Shown here: one piece after another, positions 47,619 through 56,761 of the stretch
Layout: the number at the start of each line of letters is the position of its first letter
Position numbering within the stretch: position 1 is the first letter of the stretch
Assembly (NCBI GenBank): GCA_965248435.1
Contig: OZ252100.1
Coordinates: 1,600,001-1,664,000 of the forward strand
Direction: 5' to 3'
DNA: 64,000 nucleotides
DNA from: Candidatus Latescibacterota bacterium
Lineage (GTDB): Bacteria > Latescibacterota > UBA2968 > GCA-2709665
The notes under the pieces: model-generated
Told to the model about the DNA's origin: nothing
The model's database searches: none
What the model saw: only the letters and a program-made list of their open reading frames with translations
Program-made: the position numbers and the translations under genes

Positions 47619-49058
47619 TCAGGCCTGTAGCTCTGCTTCGACGTGCTGAAATTCGCGGTCTGCCTTCAGAACCGGATCCACTTCCTCGGCCACAAACGCC
47701 GTCACCTGCTCGGGTGCGCGGCCGATGAACGCCTTCAAATCCAGAACCGAATCCAGCTCTCCGCGATTCATCCCAAACGCGTCGTCTCCCGCAATCCGGT
47801 CCAGCAGGTCATTCGCCTCCCCTTCCTCTTTGACCAGACGCCCGGCCTCCATGGCGTGAATTCGCAGACGCTCGTGAAGCGCCTGGCGGTCACCCCCTCG
47901 CTTCACTGCCTCCATCAGGATGTTCTCGGTCGCCAGGAAGGGAAGCTCCTGATCGATATGGCGCCGAATCATCTTTGGATAGACGACAAGACCGCGCACG
48001 ATATTGATGTAGAGGATCAGGATCCCGTCAATGGCAAGGAACATCTGGGGGAGGGACAGTCGTTTGTTGGCCGAATCGTCCAGCGAGCGCTCGAACCATT
48101 GCGTCGCGGCGGTGAAAGCCGGGCTCTGTGCGCTCGTTATCACATAGCGTGAGAGCGCGCAAATCCGTTCGGAGCGCATCGGATTCCGCTTGTAGGCCAT
48201 CGCAGAAGAACCGACCTGATCCTTTTCGAACGGTTCCTCGATCTCCTTCAGAAATTGGAGCAGCCGAAGATCGCTCCCGAACTTGTGCGCAGATTGGCCG
48301 ATTCGGGAGAGCAGGTCCCCGACCTGAGAATCCACTTTGCGTGGATAGGTCTGGCCCGTCACTGGATAGGTCGTTTCAAAACCCATCTTTTCGGCCACCC
48401 GCCGATCCAGGGACACCACTTTTTCCGAATCCCCGTCAAAAAGCTCCAGGAAACTGGCCTGAGTGCCGGTGGTCCCTTTGGCACCACGGAAACGAAGGGC
48501 CGACAGATGATGGCAGAGGTCGTGATAGTCCAGGATCGCGTCCTGAAGCCAAAGGGTCGCTCGCTTGCCCACGGTGGTCAACTGCCCCGGCTGAAAATGA
48601 GTGAACCCGAGCGTCGGCAGATCCCGATACTCCAGCGCAAACGATTTGAGATCCTCGATCAGATTTAGCAGCTTCGTCCTGACGTTTTGAAGGGCCGCTC
48701 TGATCTGGATCAGCTCCGTATTGTCCCTAACATATTCACTCGTGGCGCCCAGGTGAATGATCGGCTTGGCCTCTGGACACTGGATCCCATACGCGTAGAT
48801 CTGGGACATCACATCGTGTCTGATTTGTCGCTCGCGCGCCCGGGCCACATCCAGGTTCAGTTCATCCACGAAACGGCGGAGCTCGTCCAGCTGTGAGTCG
48901 GTGATGGGCAGTCCCAGCTCCTGCTCGGCCTCGGCCAGCGCGACCCATAGTCTGCGCCAGGTCGTAAACTTTTTCACGGTGGAAAAGGTTTCCGCCATCT
49001 CCTTACCGGCGTATCGCTCCACGAGTGGGTTCTCGTACTTCTCTTCAGGCCCTGACAT
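47619..49058 (-). CDS. purB: Adenylosuccinate lyase
   Basis: RHDVM, IHLGATS, GFTHFQP, KGTTGT, GSSAMAYKRNP, ERSLDDSA. Confidence 0.96.
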   Translation of the reverse strand: MSGPEEKYENPLVERYAGKEMAETFSTVKKFTTWRRLWVALAEAEQELGLPITDSQLDELRRFVDELNLDVARARERQIRHDVMSQIYAYGIQCPEAKPIIHLGATSEYVRDNTELIQIRAALQNVRTKLLNLIEDLKSFALEYRDLPTLGFTHFQPGQLTTVGKRATLWLQDAILDYHDLCHHLSALRFRGAKGTTGTQASFLELFDGDSEKVVSLDRRVAEKMGFETTYPVTGQTYPRKVDSQVGDLLSRIGQSAHKFGSDLRLLQFLKEIEEPFEKDQVGSSAMAYKRNPMRSERICALSRYVITSAQSPAFTAATQWFERSLDDSANKRLSLPQMFLAIDGILILYINIVRGLVVYPKMIRRHIDQELPFLATENILMEAVKRGGDRQALHERLRIHAMEAGRLVKEEGEANDLLDRIAGDDAFGMNRGELDSVLDLKAFIGRAPEQVTAFVAEEVDPVLKADREFQHVEAELQA

Positions 49059-49073
49059 ACTCTGATCCTCGGT

Positions 49074-49535
49074 CTAAGCGGGGGCGGGTGAGCTACCATG
49101 AATCGGATCATCCGGATCGATCGGAGGGATGCTGGGTCCGTCTGGATGGGCCTCCGAAAGCGGCGAACCTTCCCCAGTCCCTTCTTCAGCCTGTCGCTGC
49201 CGTTCGGCCTCCTTGCGTGCCCGATCGATCTGCTTCTGAATCACGAGGGCCTGCCGAAGCACTCTCACAATATCCTTGCATCTGTAGGTCTGAAAGACCG
49301 AAAAGAAGATCGCGACCAGGGGGATCGTGATGACCCACAAGTTGACAACGGTAAAGAGACCAAAAACGATAAAAATGGCCATCAGGCACAGGGAAGAGAT
49401 CACGCTGTAGCCCCACCTCTTCTGTTGTCGCTGATAATCTTGATAGAGCTCTCTTAAAGCCTCCGTCGGGTCGTCAGATCGAGCGGGTTGGGTGCGCCTT
49501 CGCCACGGGGGCCGCAATCGTTTCAGCCATCGCAT
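49074..49535 (-). CDS. Hypothetical membrane protein (2 TM)
   Basis: Two hydrophobic helices, tightly packed between neighbours on the same strand. Confidence 0.55.
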   Translation of the reverse strand: MRWLKRLRPPWRRRTQPARSDDPTEALRELYQDYQRQQKRWGYSVISSLCLMAIFIVFGLFTVVNLWVITIPLVAIFFSVFQTYRCKDIVRVLRQALVIQKQIDRARKEAERQRQAEEGTGEGSPLSEAHPDGPSIPPIDPDDPIHGSSPAPA

Positions 49536-49547
49536 AGAAGACTGTCC

Positions 49548-50207
49548 TTACCCGGATGGCGGAACGCCGACCACTAGGCTGAAAATCAGCCAGGTCAGGC
49601 AAACGGAAAGCGCCCCGCCTGCGGATACTTGTGAAAAGGTATGGGAACCCAGTTCAACTCGGGCCCAGGAGACGACGATCGGCACAGGAATCAGGAACAG
49701 GGCCTGAGGCCCCACAAGAAAACAGAGCGCCGCCAGGGGGCCCCACGCCCCGACGGCGTGCAGGCTGATCTTCCAACGGAACGAAATGCCAGCAAGCAGC
49801 AAGCCGTTTGCTGCGTAACAGAACATCAAAGCCAGGAGCGCCGGTGGCGCTGAGGCCCACGTGAGGGCGGCCGTCCCGAGCAGAAAACTAAGGCTCCCGA
49901 ACAGGAGCGGACCTCTCCGATCCCGTGTCACCGGGATGAACAGATCCTCGATCTGACCCCGGATCTTCAGCATCCAGACATAGCCCGTGGGCAGCACAAC
50001 CCCGAAGAAAAGGCAAATCGCAACCAGGAGGCCATAACGCTCAGCGCGGCCCTCAAGCCCGACGGTAACCGCGACGAACACCACCGCGGCAACAACGGGC
50101 GGATTGATCAGAAAAGAGATCCCTCTCGCCAGCAGGTGGCGCGTGCTGGGTCGGCCCAAAGTTCCTGCGCGGCTCAAGCCGCTGGCGAAAGTGCTCGAAC
50201 GGCCCAC
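49548..50207 (-). CDS. PAP2-like polytopic membrane protein
   Basis: About 6 TM helices, WKISLH and WARVELGSHT motifs. Confidence 0.7.
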   Translation of the reverse strand: MGRSSTFASGLSRAGTLGRPSTRHLLARGISFLINPPVVAAVVFVAVTVGLEGRAERYGLLVAICLFFGVVLPTGYVWMLKIRGQIEDLFIPVTRDRRGPLLFGSLSFLLGTAALTWASAPPALLALMFCYAANGLLLAGISFRWKISLHAVGAWGPLAALCFLVGPQALFLIPVPIVVSWARVELGSHTFSQVSAGGALSVCLTWLIFSLVVGVPPSG

Positions 50208-50315
50208 CCCAGTCCCCTACATATATAATGAAACACGGGCAACGCGTTAAGGGCCCCCCAGCGAGGCTGGATTACAGGCGAATGCAGCATCCCGGGCATA
50301 TGCCACAAAAAGAAC

Positions 50316-50342
50316 TAAAGCAGATCCTATATCCGCCGATAT
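50316..50342 (+). promoter_or_regulatory. sigma28 (FliA) promoter of flagellin
   Basis: TAAA-15 nt-GCCGATAT. Confidence 0.8.
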
Positions 50343-50551
50343 TCATACAGAACAATACAACTCAGTATCAAGAAGTTCTATACCCTTTCAAGTCGGCCAA
50401 AGGTCCTACCTTTGGTCCCAAGGCGCCGCCCGGACGGTCTTTCCGGGCCCGTCTCAGGACGGAGACGGAAAGCTCCTGAATCAGTCCGTGTTCTGAAAGG
50501 GAACACAGCTAAGGACGGATAAAGGGAGTCTCGAAACAAGGAGGTTTTCAA

Positions 50552-51742
50552 ATGGCACTTCGGGTAAACAACAACATCATCGCAATCAACACCCGGCGAC
50601 AGCTCTTGATCAACAACAGAGAGCTGGCGACGAGGATCGAACGCCTCTCCTCCGGGTTGCGAATCAACCGGGCAGCCGATGATGCAGCAGGCCTTTCAGT
50701 TTCAGAAGGGATGCGCGCGCAAATCGGCGGATTCCGACAGGCCACCCGGAACGCTGAACAGGGCACCAACCTGATTCAAACAGCTGAGGGCGCCCTCAAC
50801 GAGGTCAGCGACATCCTCATCAGGATGAGAGAACTGGCGGTGCAGTCTGCCTCATCTACGCTGAATGACGGCAACAGGACGGCACTCAACGCCGAAGCCG
50901 TACAGCTCACGACCGAGATCGACCGAATCGCGAACGCGACGAGCTACAACAACATCACGCTCTTGAACGGATTCGGGAATACGGTAAACAAGACCGTTTC
51001 CACGGCCCTTGCGTCGAACACGACGGGCGTGGTCGACACCTCAATCACGGGTGCGGCCGCGGGAACCTACACGTTCATCGATACCGACAATACGGACAAC
51101 CAGATCACCCTCGGAAACGGTATCGCCTCACAGACCATAGACATCGGTCCGGCGCTGGACACCGACGGAGCCGCAGGCGCGGTCGTGGCCTCTGGAAGCG
51201 CCATCGTGGCCAACTTCGACCGCCTCGGAATCCAGCTGACCCTGACTGGCCAGCGTGCGGCATCACTCGCCACTCCGGCCAGCGACGGATATCGGGATGG
51301 AGAACTGGATGGACTGATCCTCCAGGTCGATTCGGGTACGGGTGGGTCCTTCCAGATCGGCCCGGACAACACGGCCGTCCATCGTTTTGAGGTCAACATC
51401 GGGGACATGCGAGCCACTGGGGCACAGCTGAACCTTTCCGGGGTCTCACTCAGCACCCTGGAGAGCGCCCGATCCGTCATCTCAACCATAGACCTTGCAA
51501 TAGACACTGTGGCTGGACAGCGCGGAGATCTGGGGGCCATCCAGAACCGACTGGGCTTTACCATCCGGTCACTCGAAAATGCCATCGAGAACCTCCAGGC
51601 ATCCGAGTCCTCGATCCGAGACGCGGATATCGCCGAGGAAGTCTCCAAATTTACGAGAGCGCAGATTCTGGTCCAGTCGAGCACGGCCCTCCTCGCCCAG
51701 GCGAACGCCGTGCCGCAAAACGCGCTCACACTTCTCCAATAG
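50552..51742 (+). CDS. fliC: Flagellin
   Basis: ERLSSGLRINRAADDAAGL, IQTAEGAL, RMRELAVQS, RGDLGAIQNR, SSIRDAD, LAQAN. AAGGAGG SD. Confidence 0.96.
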   Translation: MALRVNNNIIAINTRRQLLINNRELATRIERLSSGLRINRAADDAAGLSVSEGMRAQIGGFRQATRNAEQGTNLIQTAEGALNEVSDILIRMRELAVQSASSTLNDGNRTALNAEAVQLTTEIDRIANATSYNNITLLNGFGNTVNKTVSTALASNTTGVVDTSITGAAAGTYTFIDTDNTDNQITLGNGIASQTIDIGPALDTDGAAGAVVASGSAIVANFDRLGIQLTLTGQRAASLATPASDGYRDGELDGLILQVDSGTGGSFQIGPDNTAVHRFEVNIGDMRATGAQLNLSGVSLSTLESARSVISTIDLAIDTVAGQRGDLGAIQNRLGFTIRSLENAIENLQASESSIRDADIAEEVSKFTRAQILVQSSTALLAQANAVPQNALTLLQ

Positions 51743-51858
51743 ACATCGCCTGAGCCAGGTTCCAGGCTCACCTGGGAAAGAAGCAAGGCGCAGCGGCCCC
51801 CCGCCACCGCTACCGCCTTAGGACCCGGCGGGATCGAGCAGTCTGTTGTTACCCGAAT

Positions 51859-51895
51859 GGGCCGCAGGTACCGTCACCTGCGGCCCCGTTTTTTT
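51859..51895 (+). terminator. Intrinsic terminator after flagellin
   Basis: GGGCCGCAGGT-accgtc-ACCTGCGGCCC followed by a T7 tract. Confidence 0.8.
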
Positions 51896-51963
51896 GTAAC
51901 TCACGAAAAAATATGAAGCCTGGTGAACGACGTGTCAACCCTTTGCTCTCCATTCCTTCCGGC

Positions 51964-51992
51964 TTGACAATGACTTTTGATTGCTCTATACT
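51964..51992 (+). promoter_or_regulatory. sigma70-type promoter for fliL-amrBA
   Basis: TTGACA-17 nt-TATACT. A DnaA-box 9-mer TTATCCACA follows at 52012-52020. Confidence 0.7.
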
Positions 51993-52067
51993 TTGGGGCG
52001 CAGCAACCAGGTTATCCACAAGTGACACAAATAGTTGTGCGAATAGCCACCTGCGAGGACTTACCCT

Positions 52068-52535
52068 TTGAATCGCTACATGCCTATGGTGATGCTCGTG
52101 GTCTTCGGTCAGGCGATCATCGCCTATCTCCTCGTGGACCAGGTCGTGCTTCGTAGGCTGTATGGCCTGCCGACTGAAGAGATTCGGGAAACGCAAGCCG
52201 ACATCCCGATCGGTGACGAGCCGGAGGCCATCTACCGGGGGCTGGGCGAATTTTTGTTGACCCCCTCCGATACTGCCGGTACGCAGGGCCTGCGCCATCT
52301 TAGGGCCACGATTTCCCTGGGCGTCTCGCCCGCAAAGGCTGAAGAGCAGCTCCAAGCCCAGAATCCTCGTCTCAGAGACGCGATCATTCGTATCCTGACG
52401 GCCAAGGCGGTCGAAAAACTGGACGACCCTGAGGACAGAGAGTTTATCAAAGACGAGATCCGCTTCACGCTGAACAGACTGCTCAAGCAGGGTGAAATCC
52501 TGGAGGTTTATTTTACGGACTTCATCGTCCAGTAG
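52068..52535 (+). CDS. fliL: Flagellar basal body-associated FliL family protein
   Basis: N-terminal TM, P.LRDAIIRILT.K..L......LK.EI...LN, VYFTDFIVQ. Confidence 0.85.
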   Translation: MNRYMPMVMLVVFGQAIIAYLLVDQVVLRRLYGLPTEEIRETQADIPIGDEPEAIYRGLGEFLLTPSDTAGTQGLRHLRATISLGVSPAKAEEQLQAQNPRLRDAIIRILTAKAVEKLDDPEDREFIKDEIRFTLNRLLKQGEILEVYFTDFIVQ

Positions 52536-52537
52536 AG

Positions 52538-53971
52538 GTGCGCGTGTCTGGTCCAAGGCAAAACATCCGCCCCTCTGCCGTTGCCGGTCAGTTCTACCCA
52601 AAACGGGCTTCCGAGTTGAGGCTTCAGGTCGAAGACATGCTGGCCCGAGCCTGCGATGCGGAGATCGAGGGTGAGATCCGAGGGCTGATCGCGCCTCACG
52701 CCGGCTACGCCTTTTCAGGTCAAACGGCAGCTGCGGCCTACAGACAAGTCAGGGGGAGGACCTACGACACGGCAGTCGTTATGGCGCCCAGCCACCGGGA
52801 TGTCTGCGACGGCGTCTCGATCTTCCCTGGCGACGGATACGAAACCCCGCTCGGGGTCGTCCCCGTAGACGTAGAGATGATCGACAGGCTACTCGAAGAA
52901 GACGCTTCCCTAAAAAAATCCAGTGCAGGACATGCAGTAGGCGCTTCCCAGAGTCCCTCCTGTGGCCACTCGGGCGAACACGCCGTTGAAGTTCAGATCC
53001 CTTTTCTCCAGATCGTCCTGCCGCGGGGCCTGCGTTTACTGCCGATCGTCATGGACTGCCGGTCCTTCGAAACCTGTAGGCGCCTGGCAGATGCGCTTGT
53101 GCGGGCATCTGAGGGAAGGCGGATACTCATCGTGGCGAGTTCGGATCTCTACCACGGTTACAGCCGGGAAGCGTGTGTCAAGAGTGATGACCACACGCTG
53201 GAGAAATTGGAATCGGCGGATCCTCAGAGGTTCTCAGATGCGCTGGAGAAGGAAACGGCCCTGGCCTGTGGTGGGGGGCCAATCGTTACAATGATGGAAG
53301 CGGCTCGCCAGCTGGGCGCTTCTCAAGCGCTGGTCGTTGCTCGGACAAATTCGGGTGAAGTGACAGGAGAACGAGCAGGATACGTCGTGGGCTACGGTGC
53401 CGCCCTCCTATACGGCCCTGAGCGTGCCGCCGGGTTGGTGGATTCAGACCGCGCTCAGCTCGGAATGATCGCGCGTCGAAGCGTAGAAGACACGGCCTGC
53501 GGAAGGGTTTCGGAAGATCCGGTTCTAAACTCGCCTGGACTTGGAAGAGAACTGGGGGCCTTCGTCACGCTTCGAAACTGCGGAAGGCTTCGCGGCTGTA
53601 TCGGAGACATCGATGCACACGACCCGCTTGCTCAGACAGTGCAAAAAATGGCTTCCGCTGCAGCCTCACGGGACCCCCGCTTTCCACCCATTTCCAAAGA
53701 CGAGCTCGGCGTGATAGAAATTGAAATATCTGTGCTCGGTCCGGTTCAGCGCGTGATGTCAGCCGCTGACATCACGGTCGGAAAACACGGACTTTGTGTA
53801 CGGAAGGGAACGAATCAAGGTGTCCTGCTGCCACAGGTGGCTGTGGAGCAGGGCTGGGACGGAACCGAATTCCTCAATCAGGCCACGCTTAAGGCGAACC
53901 TTCCCCAAGCGGCCTGGCAGGAACCAGATGCAGAGATCTGGACCTTCACGGCCGAAGTCATCTCGGTATAG
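52538..53971 (+). CDS. amrB: AmmeMemoRadiSam protein B (Memo) fused to protein A (AMMECR1)
   Basis: RPSAVAGQFYP, PHAGYAFSG, EHAVEVQIPFL, ASSDL, CGGGP, then GAFVTL..LRGCIG, DPRF, EISVL, LLPQVA. Confidence 0.9.
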   Translation: MRVSGPRQNIRPSAVAGQFYPKRASELRLQVEDMLARACDAEIEGEIRGLIAPHAGYAFSGQTAAAAYRQVRGRTYDTAVVMAPSHRDVCDGVSIFPGDGYETPLGVVPVDVEMIDRLLEEDASLKKSSAGHAVGASQSPSCGHSGEHAVEVQIPFLQIVLPRGLRLLPIVMDCRSFETCRRLADALVRASEGRRILIVASSDLYHGYSREACVKSDDHTLEKLESADPQRFSDALEKETALACGGGPIVTMMEAARQLGASQALVVARTNSGEVTGERAGYVVGYGAALLYGPERAAGLVDSDRAQLGMIARRSVEDTACGRVSEDPVLNSPGLGRELGAFVTLRNCGRLRGCIGDIDAHDPLAQTVQKMASAAASRDPRFPPISKDELGVIEIEISVLGPVQRVMSAADITVGKHGLCVRKGTNQGVLLPQVAVEQGWDGTEFLNQATLKANLPQAAWQEPDAEIWTFTAEVISV

Positions 53972-54016
53972 CCATTCTATTTCAGCGACAACTACACCCT
54001 CCGTCTCCGGATTGAA

Positions 54017-56605
54017 ATGAAACTCCGATCCACGCTTAGCCTACAATCTACGAGCGATCTACGACAGATCGCTACAAACACTGGCCTTTCCGCCGATTCT
54101 GTGCGAAACAAATCGGAGTTGGTGGACCTCTGCTGTCGCCACCTCTCAAAACCGGCGCAAGTCCGTGACAGAATGAAAGCGCTGAACTCGGCCCAGACAG
54201 ACTTTATTACCACACTGGCTGCCGAGGGAGGAGAATTGCTGGAGGCGGAGGCGATTGAAGAGCTATGCGGGGGTTTGGTTCATCGATTTCACGGCATCCT
54301 GATCTCCCTCTCGGGTGTCGGCCTCGTCTTCCAGGACCGTGAATCACTGGGGCCAGACTACAATCTCGTGGGAATCCCAGAGCCGCTGCTGAAAACGATT
54401 CCAGTTCCACCTGGCCATCAGAAGCGGTTGAGGACCGTAATGAAGCCGCTCTCGATCGGTCACCTCCGTGCTTTCGCAAGTCAGGCAGGCACGCGTTTGC
54501 TCGATCACCGCAGACCTTTCGTCATCCAGGCCATTCGGGACCACCTCCTGGATCCAGACAGATTGAGAGACTATGTCAACAGCCTGTCAGATGAGAAGCG
54601 GGTCATCCTGGACGAGCTGTTGAAGTCTGGGGAGACGACACAGGAAACCGTCAGGCAGAACCAGGGAGAAGATGCCGTCCGACAGCTCAGTGAAATGATC
54701 CGGAAGACGCCGATCTTCTTGGCGCAGGAAACGGATTCGGCGCGAGACCGGTCGCCCATCCGCCTCGCCTCAGACCTCTCCAGCGCACTGCAATCGCTCG
54801 CAGATTCCCACGGAGGCAGCCTGGAAAGTCGTCCTGAGGAATTCCTGGGGGAGGGGGTTCAGGCACCGAAGAAAGTCAAAGAAAACGCGAGCAGCCTCTT
54901 TCGGGATCTGGCCAATCTGCTGGGTCTCCTCGCGCGACGTCGTCCTTCTGCACTCAAGACCGGAGGAATCGCAAAACCCGTTCTGAGGGAGGCAAGGAGG
55001 AACTGTAAGGAGGAGGAGGATCCAGGCTACACCGAATACCTGATGCTGTTCATTGAGGAAGCAGGGATGGCCCGGCCCGAAGCGGGGATATGGCGACCTG
55101 AGCCAGATGCCGGAGAAAAACTCGAAGGCGAGGCGGACATCCAGAAAGCCATGTTTGCCTTTTGGCAGGAGACAGATCGCTGGAACGAGTGGAGTGCCGA
55201 AGCCAGCAAGCGCAAAAGTCAGCGCAGTCGAATGATGGCCCTCAAGGACTTTCGGCAGGAGATCCTTCAGGGATTGCGCAAATGTCCGGTGGACCGCTGG
55301 ATCTCATATCCCAAGTTCTATAGCCTTCTACTAAAATCCTCCGAACCTTTTCGAAGCCACGTGCAACATCCGAACTCTGGGCGAACCTTGGCAGCAGGTG
55401 GAACGACAGCAGAAGAACTGCTTCGCCGTACGCTGAGTGGCGTCCTAGCGTGGATAGGGCTGATTGAGCTAGGAAATCCGGAACTTTACGAACTCCCATT
55501 GCATCGCAACGCATGCCCCCTCTTTCGAATCACCAGGGCGGGAGACGCACTCTTACGGGGTGCGTTTTCAGAGCGGCCAATCCAGCGCTTCCAACCCACG
55601 AACCCTGAAGCCAGAATCGTGCTGCAGCCGAACCTCGAGGTGCTCTCGCCGCCCGACCTTCCACACACGGCCTATATCAAGCTATGGACCCTCGCCGACC
55701 TGAAGTCCGTCGACATCGTTACACATTTCCAGATCACCCGAGACTCGCTACGTGAAGGCATGAACGCTTGGACTTCCGGGGACGCCATCCGGCAGTTCCT
55801 GGTGAATTGCAGCTCAACGGGAATCCCGGAGGTCTTGGAGAAGCTCATCCAGGAATGCGAGAGCCGACACGGTGAGATCGAAATAGGGCGGGCATCGGGG
55901 TATCTGGCTGTGGGCAGCGAGGACCTGCTCGATGAGCTTTACGCCCAGAAATCTGTCGCCGCCCTGATGGGAGTCCGAACCTCTCCCCGATCCGGCATAT
56001 TGAAAGCGCACGCGAGACCCGAGGCCCTCGTCCAGATGCTCCAGAAAGAGGGCTACATGCCCAAACTGATCGATGACTCGATAAATACGCACGACGGACA
56101 TCTGCAACTAGCCTTGAAGGGGTCCGATCTGTCAGAGCTCGTTGCATTCTTGGAAACCGCCACAAAGATGCTCAGAGACCACGCGTCGGATCCGCCTAGA
56201 GAGCTGGACCATCTCCTGAGCCGGCTCAGAAGAGGACTCAGGCAGCTTCCGGATCAGCAGCGGCTGGATGCGCGGTCCCGGTACGAACGGGCGTTCGAGA
56301 AACTGCTCCGGCCCGCTTCAGGCGACACCGGGGTTCATGACCTGCTTCGCTACGCGGGAAAAAACCCGTCGAGCGACCCCGAAGAAATTCGATCTATGTT
56401 CAGGTATGCGATCGACCACCATCTATGCCTGGAGATCCACTACCCCTCGATCGATGCCCGCCGCGTGATCGAACCCGCGGCAGAAGATCCGTCGATGCTC
56501 TACGCGTTTTGCCGCGAACGGAACGGAGACCGGGTCTTCCGAATAGAAAAAGTCGGCCTGGCGCGGCTAACGGGGGACAGGTTTGAATCTAAGCATCGCG
56601 CTTGA
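54017..56605 (+). CDS. Helicase-associated (XPB N-terminal-like, Helicase_C_3) domain protein with C-terminal WYL domain
   Basis: LQPNLEVL..ITRDSLREG..G..IP segment; C-terminal LEIHY..RRVIEP..LYAFC..R...RVFRIEKV. Confidence 0.75.
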   Translation: MKLRSTLSLQSTSDLRQIATNTGLSADSVRNKSELVDLCCRHLSKPAQVRDRMKALNSAQTDFITTLAAEGGELLEAEAIEELCGGLVHRFHGILISLSGVGLVFQDRESLGPDYNLVGIPEPLLKTIPVPPGHQKRLRTVMKPLSIGHLRAFASQAGTRLLDHRRPFVIQAIRDHLLDPDRLRDYVNSLSDEKRVILDELLKSGETTQETVRQNQGEDAVRQLSEMIRKTPIFLAQETDSARDRSPIRLASDLSSALQSLADSHGGSLESRPEEFLGEGVQAPKKVKENASSLFRDLANLLGLLARRRPSALKTGGIAKPVLREARRNCKEEEDPGYTEYLMLFIEEAGMARPEAGIWRPEPDAGEKLEGEADIQKAMFAFWQETDRWNEWSAEASKRKSQRSRMMALKDFRQEILQGLRKCPVDRWISYPKFYSLLLKSSEPFRSHVQHPNSGRTLAAGGTTAEELLRRTLSGVLAWIGLIELGNPELYELPLHRNACPLFRITRAGDALLRGAFSERPIQRFQPTNPEARIVLQPNLEVLSPPDLPHTAYIKLWTLADLKSVDIVTHFQITRDSLREGMNAWTSGDAIRQFLVNCSSTGIPEVLEKLIQECESRHGEIEIGRASGYLAVGSEDLLDELYAQKSVAALMGVRTSPRSGILKAHARPEALVQMLQKEGYMPKLIDDSINTHDGHLQLALKGSDLSELVAFLETATKMLRDHASDPPRELDHLLSRLRRGLRQLPDQQRLDARSRYERAFEKLLRPASGDTGVHDLLRYAGKNPSSDPEEIRSMFRYAIDHHLCLEIHYPSIDARRVIEPAAEDPSMLYAFCRERNGDRVFRIEKVGLARLTGDRFESKHRA

Positions 56606-56630
56606 CTTCTGGTTTTGTGAAGCATATATT
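56602..56630 (+). promoter_or_regulatory. sigma70-type promoter
   Basis: TTGACT-17 nt-TATATT. Confidence 0.55.
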
Positions 56631-56761
56631 GCCCAGGGTTTCCGGAGCACAGTTTGACCCCCGACAAATCGCTCTGGAGGCCTGCGCGGCCATCAGCGAC
56701 GCTTGGCAGAAACCGCATTGCTGGTGGCCTTTCTTTGCCATCTACGGGAGGTAGAAACGTT

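Noticed and set aside
51743-51858. Possible SRP or other RNA after flagellin
   Set aside because: It lacks the SRP domain IV consensus and is best explained as a 3' UTR before the terminator.
52012-52020. DnaA box TTATCCACA as a replication origin
   Set aside because: Single perfect box, no cluster or AT-rich unwinding element, no dnaA nearby. At most regulatory.
54017-56605. Anti-phage defence system around the WYL protein
   Set aside because: No nuclease, ATPase, methylase or toxin neighbours. The architecture fits XPB-associated repair proteins better.
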